From Octopus sinensis (taxonomy: Eukaryota), in NCBI RefSeq assembly GCF_006345805.1, contig NC_043000.1, positions 131,626,001-131,690,000 of the forward strand: a stretch of DNA of 64,000 bases, read 5' to 3'. Made by a program: the position numbers and the translations under genes. The notes beneath the pieces were generated by a model. The model saw only the letters and a program-made list of their open reading frames with translations, ran no database searches and was not told the origin of the DNA. Shown here piece by piece: positions 38,255 to 52,299 of this stretch; within the stretch, counting starts at the first letter, position 1, and each line of letters opens with the position of its first letter.

Positions 38255-39185
38255 AGTTGTGTTATTTTTATAGCGTGCTTTCACTACCGAGCGCACCTCT
38301 GTGTGCCTTGAGTATGTGATGTGGTTTGTTGTGATGCTCTGATGGTTACCTATTGAAAGTGTTTTGCGTAGGATGTGTGTAGTGCCCAGTAGTGCAATTT
38401 TCTGTATGTTGTATATAGTTGTAAGTCCTGGTGTTTTTGTTATGTATTTGTCTGAATATTTTAATCATAAAATCAATGCGCCTACTATGATAGGAATTGT
38501 TTCTGTTTTTGGATTTGACATTCAAGTTACCATTCAAGTTACCTTTATTTCCAGGACTTTGTATGTTGAAAGTTTCCCCATTTCTTTTAGAGAAACGTTG
38601 TCATCTGCTAGTATTGATACATCAATTAGAAAGCATTTTTTTTCTTCATGATTTGACAACTATATCTGGCCTATTGCCCTTAATTTCTCTATCTGTGTGT
38701 ATTGGCATATCCCAGAGTATGGTTGCTTTCTCGTTTTCTGTGACCTTTTCTGGTGTGTGCCTATACCATCTTATTTTTGTTGTTATTCCATAGTGTTTGC
38801 ATAGCTTCCAGTGTATGTAGGTACCAACTCTGTCGTGTCTGTGAATATATTCCTTCTTAGCCAGGACGGGGCAGCCAGAGATAATATGATTTATTGTTTC
38901 TTGTCCACTTCCACATATTCTACAGTTACTAGTATATGTTATTATATGTTTTTGGTAATTTCTGGTGGGAAGGCTTTGGTCTTGTGCCGCAATTAAAAAT
39001 TCTTCAGTCTCTGCTTTGAGTTCTGAGCTTCTCAACCATTGCTGGGATTTTTCTCTATCTATTTCTTTTGCGTTTAGTTTATCCCAGTATTTGCCATGAA
39101 GGGGCTTTTCTTGCCATCGTTTTATCATGGTCCGTTGCTGTTCTAGTTTTAGTTTGGATTTCATTTGTTTTATAGCTTTTGTTGT
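38255..39185 (-). pseudogene. R4/Dong-like LINE, 5'-truncated
   Basis: WQEKPLHGKYW...LKAETEEFLIAAQDQSL.TRNY...CRICGSGQETINHIISGC...RHD...NRPDIVVK; 3' UTR then (AAT)n tail. Confidence 0.9.
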
Positions 39186-39477
39186 TGATTCTTCTTCTTC
39201 TTCTTCTTCTTCTTCTTCTTCTTCTTCTTCTTCTTCTTCTTCTTCTTCTTCTTTTTCTTCTTCTTCTTCTTCTTCTTCTTCTCTTCTTCTTCTTCTTCTT
39301 CTTCTTCTTCTTTTCTTCTTCTTCTTCTTCTTCTTCTTCTTCTTCTTCTTCATATTTGTTATGTAGTATGACTTCTTTTTTGTATTTGTCAACTTCCTTA
39401 AATACTGAAAACAGTTTTTTTTTATTTTGTTCGTTTTTTGTGAGTTATTAGTATTATTATTATTATTATTATTATTA

Positions 39478-39514
<37 letters not shown>

Positions 39515-39879
39515 TGTTGCGGAATTCGGGTGCGCTAAAATTCTACTACAATTATTTTTTTTGATATTTTGCCAGTATACCTGAAGGAATAATTTTCGTT
39601 TTAGATTCTGCTTCGCACAGAGACTTTTAATAAGCATTTTGGAAAGTCAGCCCCTTTTTAGGTTTAGATAACAAGATCAAATTTTAAGAGATATTTTCAT
39701 TTTGTTCTACGGTCTAACGCTCAGGCAAAAATGGCGTCACCTTTCCACAGATCCACCCTTCAGAAGGAGTACAACGACCAAACAATAGAAAATAACCTTA
39801 AAAAAATGTTAATGAATACAGAAACAGCATAAAAGGAGAAATATAAAAACAATAACACTCCAACTAAATAATTGTTGTG

Positions 39880-40385
39880 ACCCCCTTCGGTCATGAATGA
39901 CAATGGGATTGCACCTAGAAAGTTACCTTCCGAGGCACAAGTCTGGGCAAGGTTGTTTATGGAAGACCAACAGTCGCCCACGCATACCAGCCTCCCCTCT
40001 CCACACCACCGATGTTATCCAAGGGAAAGGCAAATGCCAATACAGCTTGGCACCAGTGACGTCGCAGCTCATCTATTAACGTGCAAGTGACTGAGCACTC
40101 CACAGACACGTGTACCTTTAACGTAGTTCTCGGGGAGATTCAGCCTGACACAGAGTGTGATAAGGTTGGCCCTTTGAAATACAGGTACAACAGAAACAGG
40201 AAGAAAGAGTGAGAGAAAGCTGTGGTGAAAGAGTACAGCAGGGTTCACCACCACCCCCTATCGGAGCCTCGTGGAGATTTGGGTGTTTTCGCTCAATAAA
40301 CACTCACAATGCCCGATCTGGGAATCGAGACCACGACCCTACGACCGCGAGTCCGCTGCCCTAACCACTGAGCCATTGCGCCTCC
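39880..40385 (-). mobile_element. SINE family C head/body joined to a different 3' module
   Basis: 40075-40385 matches family C; 39880-40075 is unrelated repeat-like sequence. Confidence 0.7.
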
Positions 40386-40589
40386 ACCCAACTAAATAAT
40401 AAAGAACGCATTTTGACTTCAACAACAACAATAACAACCATAAGAACATTAACAACAGCAACGACAACAATTATGCACGCGAGAGGAGAAAGGAAACTAA
40501 TCTGTGCTTTGCCGATGTCACACGGGTGGGCTGTCGTTCGTTCTATCCAAGGTTGACGTGGAAATATCCCTAGTGTAAGTTTATTATTA

Positions 40590-40888
40590 TTATATTATTG
40601 TTCCTTCTCGAGCCACGCCTGGCTCATAAGGGCCGGTTTCCCGGTTTCCTTGGCATATAGGTTCCCCACCTGGACGGGACGCCGGTCCGTCGCAGGTGAG
40701 CTGCGAGATGCAGGAGGAAAGAGTGAGAGAAAGTTGTGGCGAAAGAGTCAGCAGAAGTTCGCCATTACCTTCTACCGGAACCGCGTGAAGCTTAGGTGTT
40801 TCACTCATAAACACACACATCGTCCGGTCTGAGATTCGAACCCGCGACCCCTCGACCGCGAGTCCGCTGCTCTAACCACTAGGCCATG
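40590..40888 (-). mobile_element. SINE family C-related head with alternative 3' domain
   Basis: Head TGGCCTAGTGGTTAG...GGTTCGAATC; diverges after CTTTCTCTCACTCTTTCC into GCGACGGACCGGCGTCCCGTCCAGG...GAGAAGGAAC(AAT)n. Confidence 0.7.
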
Positions 40889-41521
40889 TTCCTATACCTT
40901 GTATAACTTTAAGTGATAAAAATCCTTCATTTAGGAGGGAGAGCATAAGGCACCATATGTGCCATCTTTAAAACAGCAATCTGAGTAAAAGCGCTACAAG
41001 CGAGTTAAAGTAGGTCTATGGGATGCTTTTAGCTGTTAAAAATAACAACCAAATTTCCTTTAAATAAACCTACCACGCTGAAAATGATGTTTAAAACTAC
41101 ATTAGATGATATAATATTAGATATACACCTGGCGGTTATTAAAAGAACAGGATGGTCATAGGTAGAATGCTTTCTATCATCAGCCAATTTTGGGTTTAAC
41201 AATAACAAGAGCGAAAAACTCTTCTGCAAACACTGCTTAAAAACAATATCGCATAGACAATTTTATTAAAAGTTCTTTCTCTCGCATTCCTAGCTGTCTA
41301 CAAATAAATTCCATGTCAAATATTTGCAGCAATCGGCATTCTTTTACTGTTAATAAAAAAAGATCGGCATTCTTTTACCGCCAATAAAAGATCCTCTGTG
41401 TGGTCGACTGACTTGCCAGAAATAGCTGCCATATAGCTTTAAGCGCATACACTATCATTATTAATTTACAAGGACTACTTGTATAATAGTCATTAATATA
41501 CAATGTCTGTATACAGACATT

Positions 41522-41722
41522 GGCGTCGAGCTGGCAAAAACGTTAGCGCGCCGGGCGAAATACATAGCGGTATTTCGTCTGCCGTTACGTTCTGAGTTCA
41601 AATTCCGGGGTCGATAAATTAAGTGCCAGTCGTGCACTGGGGTCGATCTAATCGACTTAATCCCTTTGTCTGTCCTTGTTTGTCTCCTCTATGTTTAGCC
41701 CCTTGTGGGCAATAAAGAAATA
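41522..41722 (+). mobile_element. SINE family B with internal deletion
   Basis: GGCGTCGAGCTGGC...GAGTTCAAATTCC...GGGCAATAAAGAAATA. Confidence 0.85.
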
Positions 41723-44700
41723 AGTATACAATGTCTGAAATGGCAGAGGCGGTTCATCACAACTAAAGCACTTTCAATCATGTATTTGCTTGATGGGTGC
41801 TTACCAAGAGTCTAAACAACAACCATATTTAACTTCTCCCATCAGACTATCTGTTCCCACTCTGTGCAAGGTAATCCACCACCTACACCCTACTAGTCAG
41901 ATACATGTAGCTCTTCAACATCAACCTCCAATGGTCACATTAAGGTCGGATCAACACGTATTCTACACTGACTGCCCTTCATTACAAATACCACTGTTGT
42001 CTGGTTCACTCCTGAATCAGCTGAAACAACGAAGCTACTAAGTGATACAATCTATCTAGGTCTACCCACAACTTACACATAATCAAAACTCGATACCACC
42101 AAACATCCAAAATTCTTTGGCTGAAAACTTAAGTACCTCGTTGTATTCTACTGAAAACTTAGATTTGCGTTGATCTATCATATTTATTAGCAATATAGGG
42201 ACCAAGACCAGTAGCTTTTAAGGAAAGGGGTCAGTCGTTACTATCGATCCCAGTACTTCACTGGTACTTCATGTTATCTGAAAAGAATGAAAGGCGAAGT
42301 TGGCCTTACCAAGATTTAAATCCAAAATGTAAACAGTCTGAAGAAATACTTCAATGCACTTTTCCGATGTCCGAACGATTCTGTCAGTTCCCCGACCTAG
42401 AATAATAATAACAACTGGTCATTTATAGATAGTCCAGTTACTATCGAACATATCTACAGATTTATTAGCCAACACTGTATAATACGATGGATGTAAACAA
42501 TATGTCTACACAATGTTTGGTTTTTGTTACTCGGGTTTTAGTGAAGCTTATGGTACTGATATCAATGGATAGAAGATTGATTTGACGTCGAGGTTTAATG
42601 TTAAATATATCTTTCATTTTTTATCGAGTATTATTAACTGTTCTGGAATCTATCTGCATAACATGGGGAAAATTGGTTCGGCAAATTGTTTTAGAAAATA
42701 AATTACCGGATTGAATTACTCAGAGAATAGTCAGCGAAAGTGTTGTGCATATCAGTTACTTAGACTTCTATGTGGCTGGATATTAATAAAGGTTAAGATG
42801 GCGACAGTGTGATATTTCAATAACATACACTTCCATGTAGTTGGATATTGACGAAAGTTACAATTCTCGGTGATATATTAATTTCAACCCAAAACATTAT
42901 GTGCGACATGTTTTGTTAGCTTGGTTGGAAATCGATCCAACATTTGCCAAATTGAGACAGTAATCTCAGTCGCCGCATCTACTTCTAAATGAATTGGAAT
43001 GTTATCTGTCCTTAAGCATTTGTGTAAGTCTTCTGTTTCGACGAAGTGTGAAATTTCAATAATTGTTCAAATGAAAGTGCATAAAGATGCATGCAATATT
43101 CCTAAATGTTCACTGATCAATCTAAAATATGAAGAGTTCATAATATATATTGAGCAGCAAAACTAAATGACAAATCTATATATTTTACAGTAGCGTGCAA
43201 ATGTAAAATTGTTAAGTTCTGCAAAAACAAAAGTAGAAAAGTAAGTGTGGTAATATTGCGCTATGTCTTGCCAATAATGCTATTTGTTGGCCATTTATCT
43301 TATCAGAATAGATTGATAAATTGATACCAATTTATTGACGCCAGTTCATGAGAGATTTGATTTCAACGAGTTATAAAATCACGTTGGCATCTAGTATAAA
43401 TACACCACATGAATATCTAATAAAAGTAGATGAATACTTAGATGTTTAACGATAATAAGTAGTACAAATTTGTCGTATACTATTAACTTGCCTGTACTCT
43501 GTTGAAGGTAAAAATTAACGGTCTTATCATAGCCAATACTTCAAATTTATATTTCGAGTACATTAATGCTAAAGTTTCTAAAACAACTCTTCTTTTGGGG
43601 GGTGCGGGGATTTAGTAAATGACATGAGAAAAAAATTTCAGCAGATAAACTGGACCTTAACTCTATCTACTCGCTTCCCCATACACACACACAAATGCAT
43701 TTTAGACATTTCACGAATGCCATAACCCACATTCTCCACATCCATATGCAAAAGTTTAATCTTGTTCATCAGCAGTGAAGAACCCATCGATGTCGGGACA
43801 TCCATTTTTTCGGTATATCTATCAGCGGGAGTGAAAAATGCTCGATGCAACTGATGAAATAAATTATCTGGAGATAATCCTGTCACAAGGAAAGTATCTT
43901 GGAAAAGTGCATGGCGAAGACTCTGTATTAAGAATACTGAAGCAGCATCACCTGAAATTTATTGCAACCGAACATCTGCTAAACACACAGGGAATACCTC
44001 CAGGGTGATGTTCTCCAAACGTGTCAGAATTCAAAACAAAGTTCTTTATTGAACGAGGTTTAAAATGCATATAAATTTCCATTGCCTCATGTAGTAAGTG
44101 ACGCAAGCTAACAACTTTGTTATTAAACTGGATGATCATATCAAGTGTATAATGAATACAAGGCATTCACTCGCAGACAACTGACCATCTATGACAGTAG
44201 CTTCTGAAATGCAGAAACTATTCGACTGCACTGAAACATCAGCTCCATATGATGCTACTGATTTCGAATTTTACTAAACCAATTCTGGTTTTCACAATGA
44301 ATTATTGGAAGCTGTTAAGTGATCTAGAGTGATTCTGATAGAAAGTCTCTTCCCTTCAAGCTGTCTCCTTCAGATATGATGTTTCATCTCAGCTAATGTA
44401 ATACAAAACAACCAGTTTCTGCGACTGAAAATTACAGACAGCAATAGTAATGATGGTAGACCTTTCTATTGAATTGGTGAAGTAACAGAATCGAGCGTAG
44501 CAAAGCATTTGCAAGCTTTCTCAAAGCCCAAAGCAATTATTCCAATGATGTTTTTTAAAAAACGTAAATTATATAACCGATCGAAAGTACAAGAACACAG
44601 GAAGATATAAAAGTTTACGAGCACAACTGAATCCCTCCAATAAGGAGCTTTACCTAATGTATCTTATGTTAAAATCAATAAGTGATATATTTTAAATAAT

Positions 44701-45376
44701 GCAAATTAACGTATATTTGGAAATTTGGTTGTAAAGTAGTTACCCTCGTTACATTTATGTTTCCAATGCACCTTGTAAAATTGTATAAATATGTAATTTT
44801 ACAGAAGCAAAATGAAAATACTAGTCATAATCGCACTGCTTTTTATAATGACTGGAAACGAAATATGCGAAGCCCAATGTAAGTAATTATTTAGTGTATT
44901 TATTTGTCTCTCGAAAAAATGTTATGAGAAATTCATTTTGGTAGTTTGGGAATGTGGACAACGTTTTAGTCTACTTAATCATGTCTTCTGTTAACATCTG
45001 CCATATAAATTTCATTCTTTTTCCACAATACATCTACACTTTTCATCTTATTTAATTGTTTCCAATGTTCTCTTTATTTGTTATTTTAAAGCTGCTTTAA
45101 TTTTTTTTCCTGTTATTTTACTCTTATTTCACTTCATTAATAAGGCCGATTATACTATACTTACACATAAATTACAATTGTTTTATACCCATTTTAAGAA
45201 TATTTTCGAGATTGAATAACAGTCTCGAATGTCAACGAGAACGATATTTCTGGAAATAAAAATTAAAATTTAGGATTTAAGATAAAGCTCAACATTACGG
45301 CAGTACCCATATAAGTATGTATTTGTGTGTGTACTTGTGTGTGTGCTTGTGTATGTATGTATGTGTGTGTGTGTGT

Positions 45377-45436
<60 letters not shown>

Positions 45437-46819
45437 CGTGCAGAAAATCTTACCGTGATACAAAATTCTATTATGCAAAAGGAATTTTTGGTATTTGGAT
45501 CCATTCGAACAGCTTTTTCTCTTGCTTTTCAAGGACAAAAAAAGAACAGGCATCTTGACCACTTTTATGCATGGAAATATCAATTTCTATAAATACACAG
45601 AACATATTTGTACATAAAACATTTTAAGAGAAATACGTTCGAGAATAAACAAGAATCGTAATATCGATATTACGATTCATAATATAGGATTTAATCTTCA
45701 ATTCGAAATTTTGATTTCACTTTTTATACCTGCCAAACCAAGATTTTTAACGTCTTTTTCTGCAAATCGTTAGACAAACTGTTGGGTTTTTTAATTACCA
45801 TAATTAATGCGTTGTGTCTGATCTTCGTTCCATATACGCAAGAGCTGTCCATTTTAAGCACCTCGTTAGATGTATGTAAAGATAAGACACGAGAAGTTAA
45901 CAGACTAGCTTCTTAAGCTTCCGACTCTTTATGTTCTAAGTTGATATCACCGAGATCGACTTTACCTTTCATACTTTTTGGAGTCGATGAAATTGGTACC
46001 AGTCGTGCACTGGGGTTGATGTTATCGATTAAGTACCTTCCCCAAAATTTCAGGTCTTGCGCCTTCCAGCGCTTTACGTTCTAAGCTCAAGTTGACTTTG
46101 CCTTTCATCCTTTTGGAGTCAATGAAATGAATACAGGTCGAGCACTGGGATCGATAAATAAATTTCTTCCACCCTCAAAATTTCTGGCCTTCTGTCAAGA
46201 TAGGAAAGAGATTATATACTCTAAAGCACGACCATATTATTTCTACAAAAAGGAATAAAATCAAACGTGAATAGTAAATGTAAATAAATGAAAATGGATA
46301 GTAATATATTCCGATTTTAATAATTTGTTTAATTTTGTTTCAATTTTTTGTTAGTTATGTTTTTGCTAAGATTGGTCTGGAAATATATGAACAACCATGT
46401 ATGTTTGTTCGAATAATCAAGGCTTTCAGACACAAGATAAAATATTCGTTACTTCAGAAGTTAGTATTTTAAATACGTCTTTTTTGTTTTTCATTAGGTG
46501 GGTTTTTACAGAATGACTTAGACGATAATCTGATCATACATGTTGTTAGAGTTAATCATATAGGCTATTTATTCAGGAGGAAGAGAGGGTAACTATCCTG
46601 TGTTATTAAGTCCAGAGTATGTAAATAACTTGATGCTTTCGCTTTTGACCATGACACATACGGGCAGTTACTGACAAACACTTCCTTCCTCACCCAAGAG
46701 TTCAAACAATAAATTAGTAGTGTGCATTTTTCTTACATACATACCTACGTGTATAGATATACGCACACATACACATACATGCATACACACACATACAAAT
46801 ACACATACTCTCTCATTTA

Positions 46820-47445
46820 CTCATTTACTTGTTTCAGTCATTTGACTGCGGCCATGCTGGAGCACCACCTTTAGTCTTTGTAAGCCCATTACTTATTCTA
46901 TCGGTCTCTTTTACCGAACCGCTAAGTGACGGGGACGTAAACACACCAGCATTGGTTGTCAAGCAATGCTAGGGGGACAAACACAGACACACAAACACAC
47001 ACACATATATATATATACATATATACGACAGGCTTCTTTCAGTTTCCGTCTACCAAATCCACTCACAAGGCATTGGTCGGCCCGGGGCTATAGTAGAAGA
47101 CACTTGCCCAAGGTGCCATGCAGTGGGACTGAACCCGGAACTATGTGGTTGGTAAGCAAGCTACTTACCTATTTCTTTATTACCCACAAGGGGCTAAACA
47201 TAGAGGGGACAAACAAGGACAGACATAGGTATTAAGTTGATTACATCGACCCAGTGCGTAACTGGTACTTAATTTATCGACCCCGAAAGGATGAAAGGCA
47301 AAGTCGACCTCGGCGGAATTTGAACTCACAACGTAACGCAGACGAAATACCGCTAAGCATTTCGCCCGGCGTGCTAACGTTTCTGCCAGCTCGCCGAGTG
47401 GCTGTGTGGTAAGCAAGCTACTTACCACACAGCCACTCCTGCGCC
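46820..47445 (-). mobile_element. SINE family A with nested SINE family B (47170-47396)
   Basis: Full A copy interrupted in its head; 20-bp duplication TGGTAAGCAAGCTACTTACC (47150-47169, 47407-47426). Confidence 0.9.
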
Positions 47446-48814
47446 ACATACATACTTACACACACACACACAAACACAAATTATACAAGGACAGTATAGC
47501 ACTCAACACAAGTTACATGTGAACTCATTTGCATAAGTGAACATCGATATATAGTTTTTTTATGCATGTATGTGCGCGCGTGTGCATATGATGTGTGTAT
47601 GAGGATCGAAGGGTCTAATTATGCAATGCATGCACTGCGTGTCGTACTTTTTTTTCTGGAATTAATAATTTTTGTGTAATATAAAATTAATTATTGATCA
47701 TTTTCGCGATCCTCCTTATATTTGTGATATTTTCTTTTATTTCCCATACCTTGCTTTCTTAGTGAGAACTGTAAACAATCGATATTATTTAACAAGTGTA
47801 AGTAGGGAAAACTTCTGTGTACTTAGCGAGAAAAGAAGGAAAAGCAGTGAATTAATTACTTTCCTGTTTTTTGTTGGGGTTTTTTTTTTTTTGAGAAGGG
47901 AACTAAAATTTTTTTTATAAAAGTGTGGTAAGTCAAAGAGCGAAAAACAGTGAAAAGCAGAATTGTTTCTGCTTGCCTTTCAGTTGTAGTAAGAAAAAGC
48001 AGTGGTCTAAGTATTTTCGCATTTTATTATTCTCTTCGAGAGGGGAGCGTCAAAGTAAAAGAGTGAGAGGTCAAAGAGAGGAAGACAAAGAAAAGCAGAA
48101 ATTATATTGCTTGCATTCTAGCTGTGTTAAGTCTGCAGAAACCTGAAGCGCTGATGTTTCTACTGCCTTGTGTGGTAGAGATCAAAGTCTTGCCTATTCA
48201 AAGGACTTAAAGCTTCCCTCATAGTCGGACGGATTTCGAAGAGAAATGGATTTAAAGTCAATTTGCATGTTCGTTTCATTGCTGATTCTGGTTTACTTCG
48301 TACGATTATTCGGTACTAAAGAGTATATATTTTATCTTTTATCAATTACTTGTTTCAGTCATTAGATTGCGGTCATGCTGGAGCACCGCCTTGAACTTTT
48401 AGCCGAATGAATTGACCCCCAGTACTTATTTTTTAAAACCCTGGTATTTATTCCATCGGTCTCTTTTGCCGATATAACTATATTAAATAAAAATAATTTC
48501 TGTTTAACAGGTATCACATTGAAAGTTACTAGATTACGAAGTGTTTGTGATTATAATAAACTTTATTTTACATTTCTTGCCCACAAGAGATTGTGTCTGA
48601 TCTTTAGCATACTGCTGTATGTCTCCCCAAATCATGATCACAGGAAAAGTTGTTGATAATTCTTATCAACAAAAACAAAGCTGATAAATACGCACAAGTG
48701 TTGCGAAATAAGTTGAATTACCAATAAACATCAGCTTGGATGACACTTTACTCAACCGACAGAGGAAGGTGACCGGTCAAACTGATTATGTAAACAGAAT
48801 TCCGATTGGTCAAA

Positions 48815-51140
48815 ACTGCCTTCTTGTCTCAAGCTCTGATTTTTCGCCTTTTCTTGTTGGAACCTTTGATACAGAGTATCGAAATTTTAATCCCTTTCAC
48901 ACTTATAAAACATCAAGCGAACTTTAAAATTTGTCATTACTGTTTTAGCCGGGAGACCAGACTGATAGTTAGAAATTCCTTCAGTTGCACTTCTTCTAGC
49001 CTCATATAATGCAACCTCTGTGGGAAACTATATGTAGGTCCGACGGGCCGTCGACTGGCCGACCGGTTCACCGAACATCTAAAGGATGTTCAGTTACGTT
49101 CGAACACTCCCGTCGCCCGTCACTTCCGCTTGGCCAACCACCACCCCCCTAACATCTCCGTTTTTGGCCTCGCTCTACACCACGGATCCACACACTCTCG
49201 ACTCCGCCTGGAACAGCGCTATAACTTTGATTTACAGACAACTATCCCCCACAGACTAAACACAATCCCCTCCTCCTATTAACTGCTTCTACACCTCCCG
49301 CAACAAGCAACTTAATTTCTTTTCTCATTTTTCATTTTTACTTGTAATTGCGCCATTTATATTGTATTAACTTCCTTATCTCTTTTCAACCCTGATTTTT
49401 ATATTTTATTTTTTTTTATAATTTTTTTTTATTGTTTATAATTAATTGCTTTTATAAATTATTGTTTTTATTTCTATATACACGCACACATGCACACATA
49501 AGTACATATCCACGAAGGCACATATACCACCCATACACACCACACACATACAATACATATACATGCACATATACACACACATACACTCACACATACACAC
49601 ACGCATACATGCATACACACACACCCACATACACCCACGCGCGCGCACACACACGTGCACAAACATACACACACACATACACACGCACAGGAATGCACAG
49701 ACACCTATCCCACACAACCCCACACACAGAGACACACATACCTTTATACACACACACATAAACGTACACACAACCACATACACACACATACTCAAACACA
49801 CGCGCATACACGCAACAAAATGCACACATAACCCGACACACATCTCCACATTCACACAGGCACATACACCCACACGCACATATACACATGCACATACATA
49901 CGCACATAATACACGCACACACACATATATATACGTACATACATACACATACTAGCACAGGTTTGCACATATACCTCCAACACACAATACACATACAGAC
50001 ACGCACACAATTATGCACACATGGGCACAAACACGCGCACACAAGCACACGCACGCGTATACACACAGGTACGCACATATACGCCTACACAAACCCAACA
50101 AAAAACTACACACACAACCCGCGCACACTCGCATACACAAATTTACATACACACCCATACATATACATACACACACAATATATGCATACACGCACACACA
50201 CATACACATACGCATACACATATAGACACAGACACACACATGCACACACAAACATGCGCACACATACGCACGTACATACGCACACGAAAGCACACATACC
50301 TAACACCCACAACTCCACGCATACACGTATATGCACCCACATACGCACACACGCACACACATACACATGCACACATACACGCACACACAACTACAAGCAC
50401 ATACACATTTACACGCACACACACACACGCACATACACTCACACGCACACACGTATATGTACACATATACACACATATGCAAATGAACCCACACATACCT
50501 CCCATACACACACAGCACACACTCATACATACACGCACACAATTATACATCTACACACACATATACACATACAAGCACACACAAACACAAAGTAAAGTAC
50601 AGTTACTCCACACACACACAACCCCTACGCATACACACATACACACACGAACACACACATACATACATACATACATACACACACACACTGCAAACAAAAT
50701 ACACACGCTACATATACATACACGCACACACATAAATAAACAGCCACAACCACACACATACACACACACAGAGACCTGCGCGTATGCACATACCCACACA
50801 TACACACACATACCTCCTTCTCTTGCACTCTTCTGTTTTTGAAAGAACTTTTTCTTCACCCATTCCCTTCCCGTCAGTTCAATATATGACCGCGTGTGTA
50901 TCGTTGGCGCTTTTCTCTCTCCGTCTTCCCTTCCTTGTAACATTCCTTTTTCTTTGTTTCTGACGAAACATATATATATATGTGACGATTTTTTCCTCCC
51001 TCTTCCCTTCCTTGGATCTTTCCTTTTCCTATGAAACATTAATTCCTCCTTCTTTCTTTCCTTTCCTGAGCGTCCAATAACACTATACTTGTTCCACGTC
51101 CTCGCATTGCTGTGTTTTCTCTTTGTTCATGTTTAGAGTA
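48815..51140 (+). mobile_element. Penelope-like element 3' portion: GIY-YIG remnant, CA-rich 3' region, pLTR-type end
   Basis: Endonuclease remnant, then ~1.35 kb of cryptic CA tract, then the unit homologous to 1815-2015. Confidence 0.7.
48962..49282 (+). pseudogene. GIY-YIG endonuclease (Penelope-like)
   Basis: FSCTSSSLI*CNLCGKLYVGPTGRRLADRFTEHLKDVQ...PVARHFRL.NH...RLRLEQRY...HRLN: GIY-YIG motifs (LIY/YVG, R..EH, E, N). Confidence 0.88.
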
Positions 51141-51148
51141 ACTATATA

Positions 51149-51191
<43 letters not shown>

Positions 51192-51207
51192 ATATATATA
51201 TCTATAT

Positions 51208-51252
<45 letters not shown>

Positions 51253-51255
<3 letters not shown>

Positions 51256-51517
51256 ATCAAAATAAACAACAAGAATATCTTCGGTAATTTGGTACGATCG
51301 TTTCACGCTACATCATTCTATTAAACATTGTAAGTATTACAACAGTTTTAAAATGTTGAGCAATCATCAGCCATTTATAGAAGTTTTCCATCAATACATA
51401 TACTTATTTCCATGTATTTTAAAACTGTTGTAATACTTACAATGTTTAATAAAATGATGTAGCGTGAAACGATCGTACCAAATTACCGAAGATATTCTTG
51501 TTGCTTATTTTGATTAT
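51253..51517. repeat. Fold-back element, ~101-bp near-perfect arms, ~61-bp spacer
   Basis: 51253-51354 is the reverse complement of 51416-51517; termini ATAATCAAAATAA / TTATTTTGATTAT, shared with 8142-8395. Confidence 0.95.
51290..51373 (-). ncRNA. Hammerhead ribozyme (dimer-type), weak stem II
   Basis: TGG-CTGATGA-TTGC[~49 nt]GCGT-GAAA-CGATCG-TA-CCA; palindrome ACGATCGT, triplet GUA. Confidence 0.6.
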
Positions 51518-51612
51518 AATCACACCATGGATTTATATGGATAACACCATACAAAATTCTGGTGCATCTGACTTAAGTACCATATTCATTTGAATCTAAA
51601 TTTTGCTAAAAT

Positions 51613-51643
<31 letters not shown>

Positions 51644-52254
51644 ATATATGATGTGAATTTCAGTGTAGTTCTAATATTTTTAATGTTTTTAATTGCAGAC
51701 AAATATAATGGGGCATGTATCACTGAGTGCCTAAAGCAAGCAAAGCATGAATTTGAGGCGGTGAATCTCCACTTATGTTCGGATGCGTGCAAACATCGTA
51801 TATTTGTGTAGTGATTACATACAAGTCATTTCGAATACAACTAGAAAAATGAAACCAGAAACTTCACTCCTGAGCACGTCTAAACCCCTTAAATAAGTAG
51901 GAATGAAACATTATTTGTGAATACATCCGATGTATTTTAACGGAAATAAAGCATTTCAAATACATTCTTTCTTGTGATTCTTTTCAACTTTTGGCACAGG
52001 GCCAGAAATTTCGGGGATGGATAAGGCAAAGTCGACCTCGGCGAAATTTGAACTCAGAACATAAAAACAGATAAAATGCCGCTAAGAAATTTTGGGTACT
52101 TGGATATTGAATATCTCCCACGATAATAAACAACCACGTAACAAAGCTTATAATGTACGGGAAGAGACACTGTGAGAACTCTGGCAGCAGGCTACTGTCT
52201 CCTCTCACAGAATCTACCAGAGCAAACAAGACCGAACGTTTCGAGAAGTAAAGC

Positions 52255-52293
<39 letters not shown>

Positions 52294-52299
<6 letters not shown>

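Noticed and set aside
41150-41190. Minus-strand CTGATGA-TAGAA-agca-TTCTA
   Set aside because: Good stem II, but no GAAA or cleavage stem follows.
46498-46588. Possible 91-bp internal exon (GFLQNDLDDNLIIHVVRVNHIGYLFRRKR) between TTTTCATTAG and GTAACT
   Set aside because: Open in one frame only by chance-level length; no partner exons or homology recognised.
52225-52255. Minus-strand CTC-GAAA-CG-TT-CGGT, the 3' half of a minimal HHR
   Set aside because: The CTGANGA half is replaced by an AAT array; at best a truncated relic.
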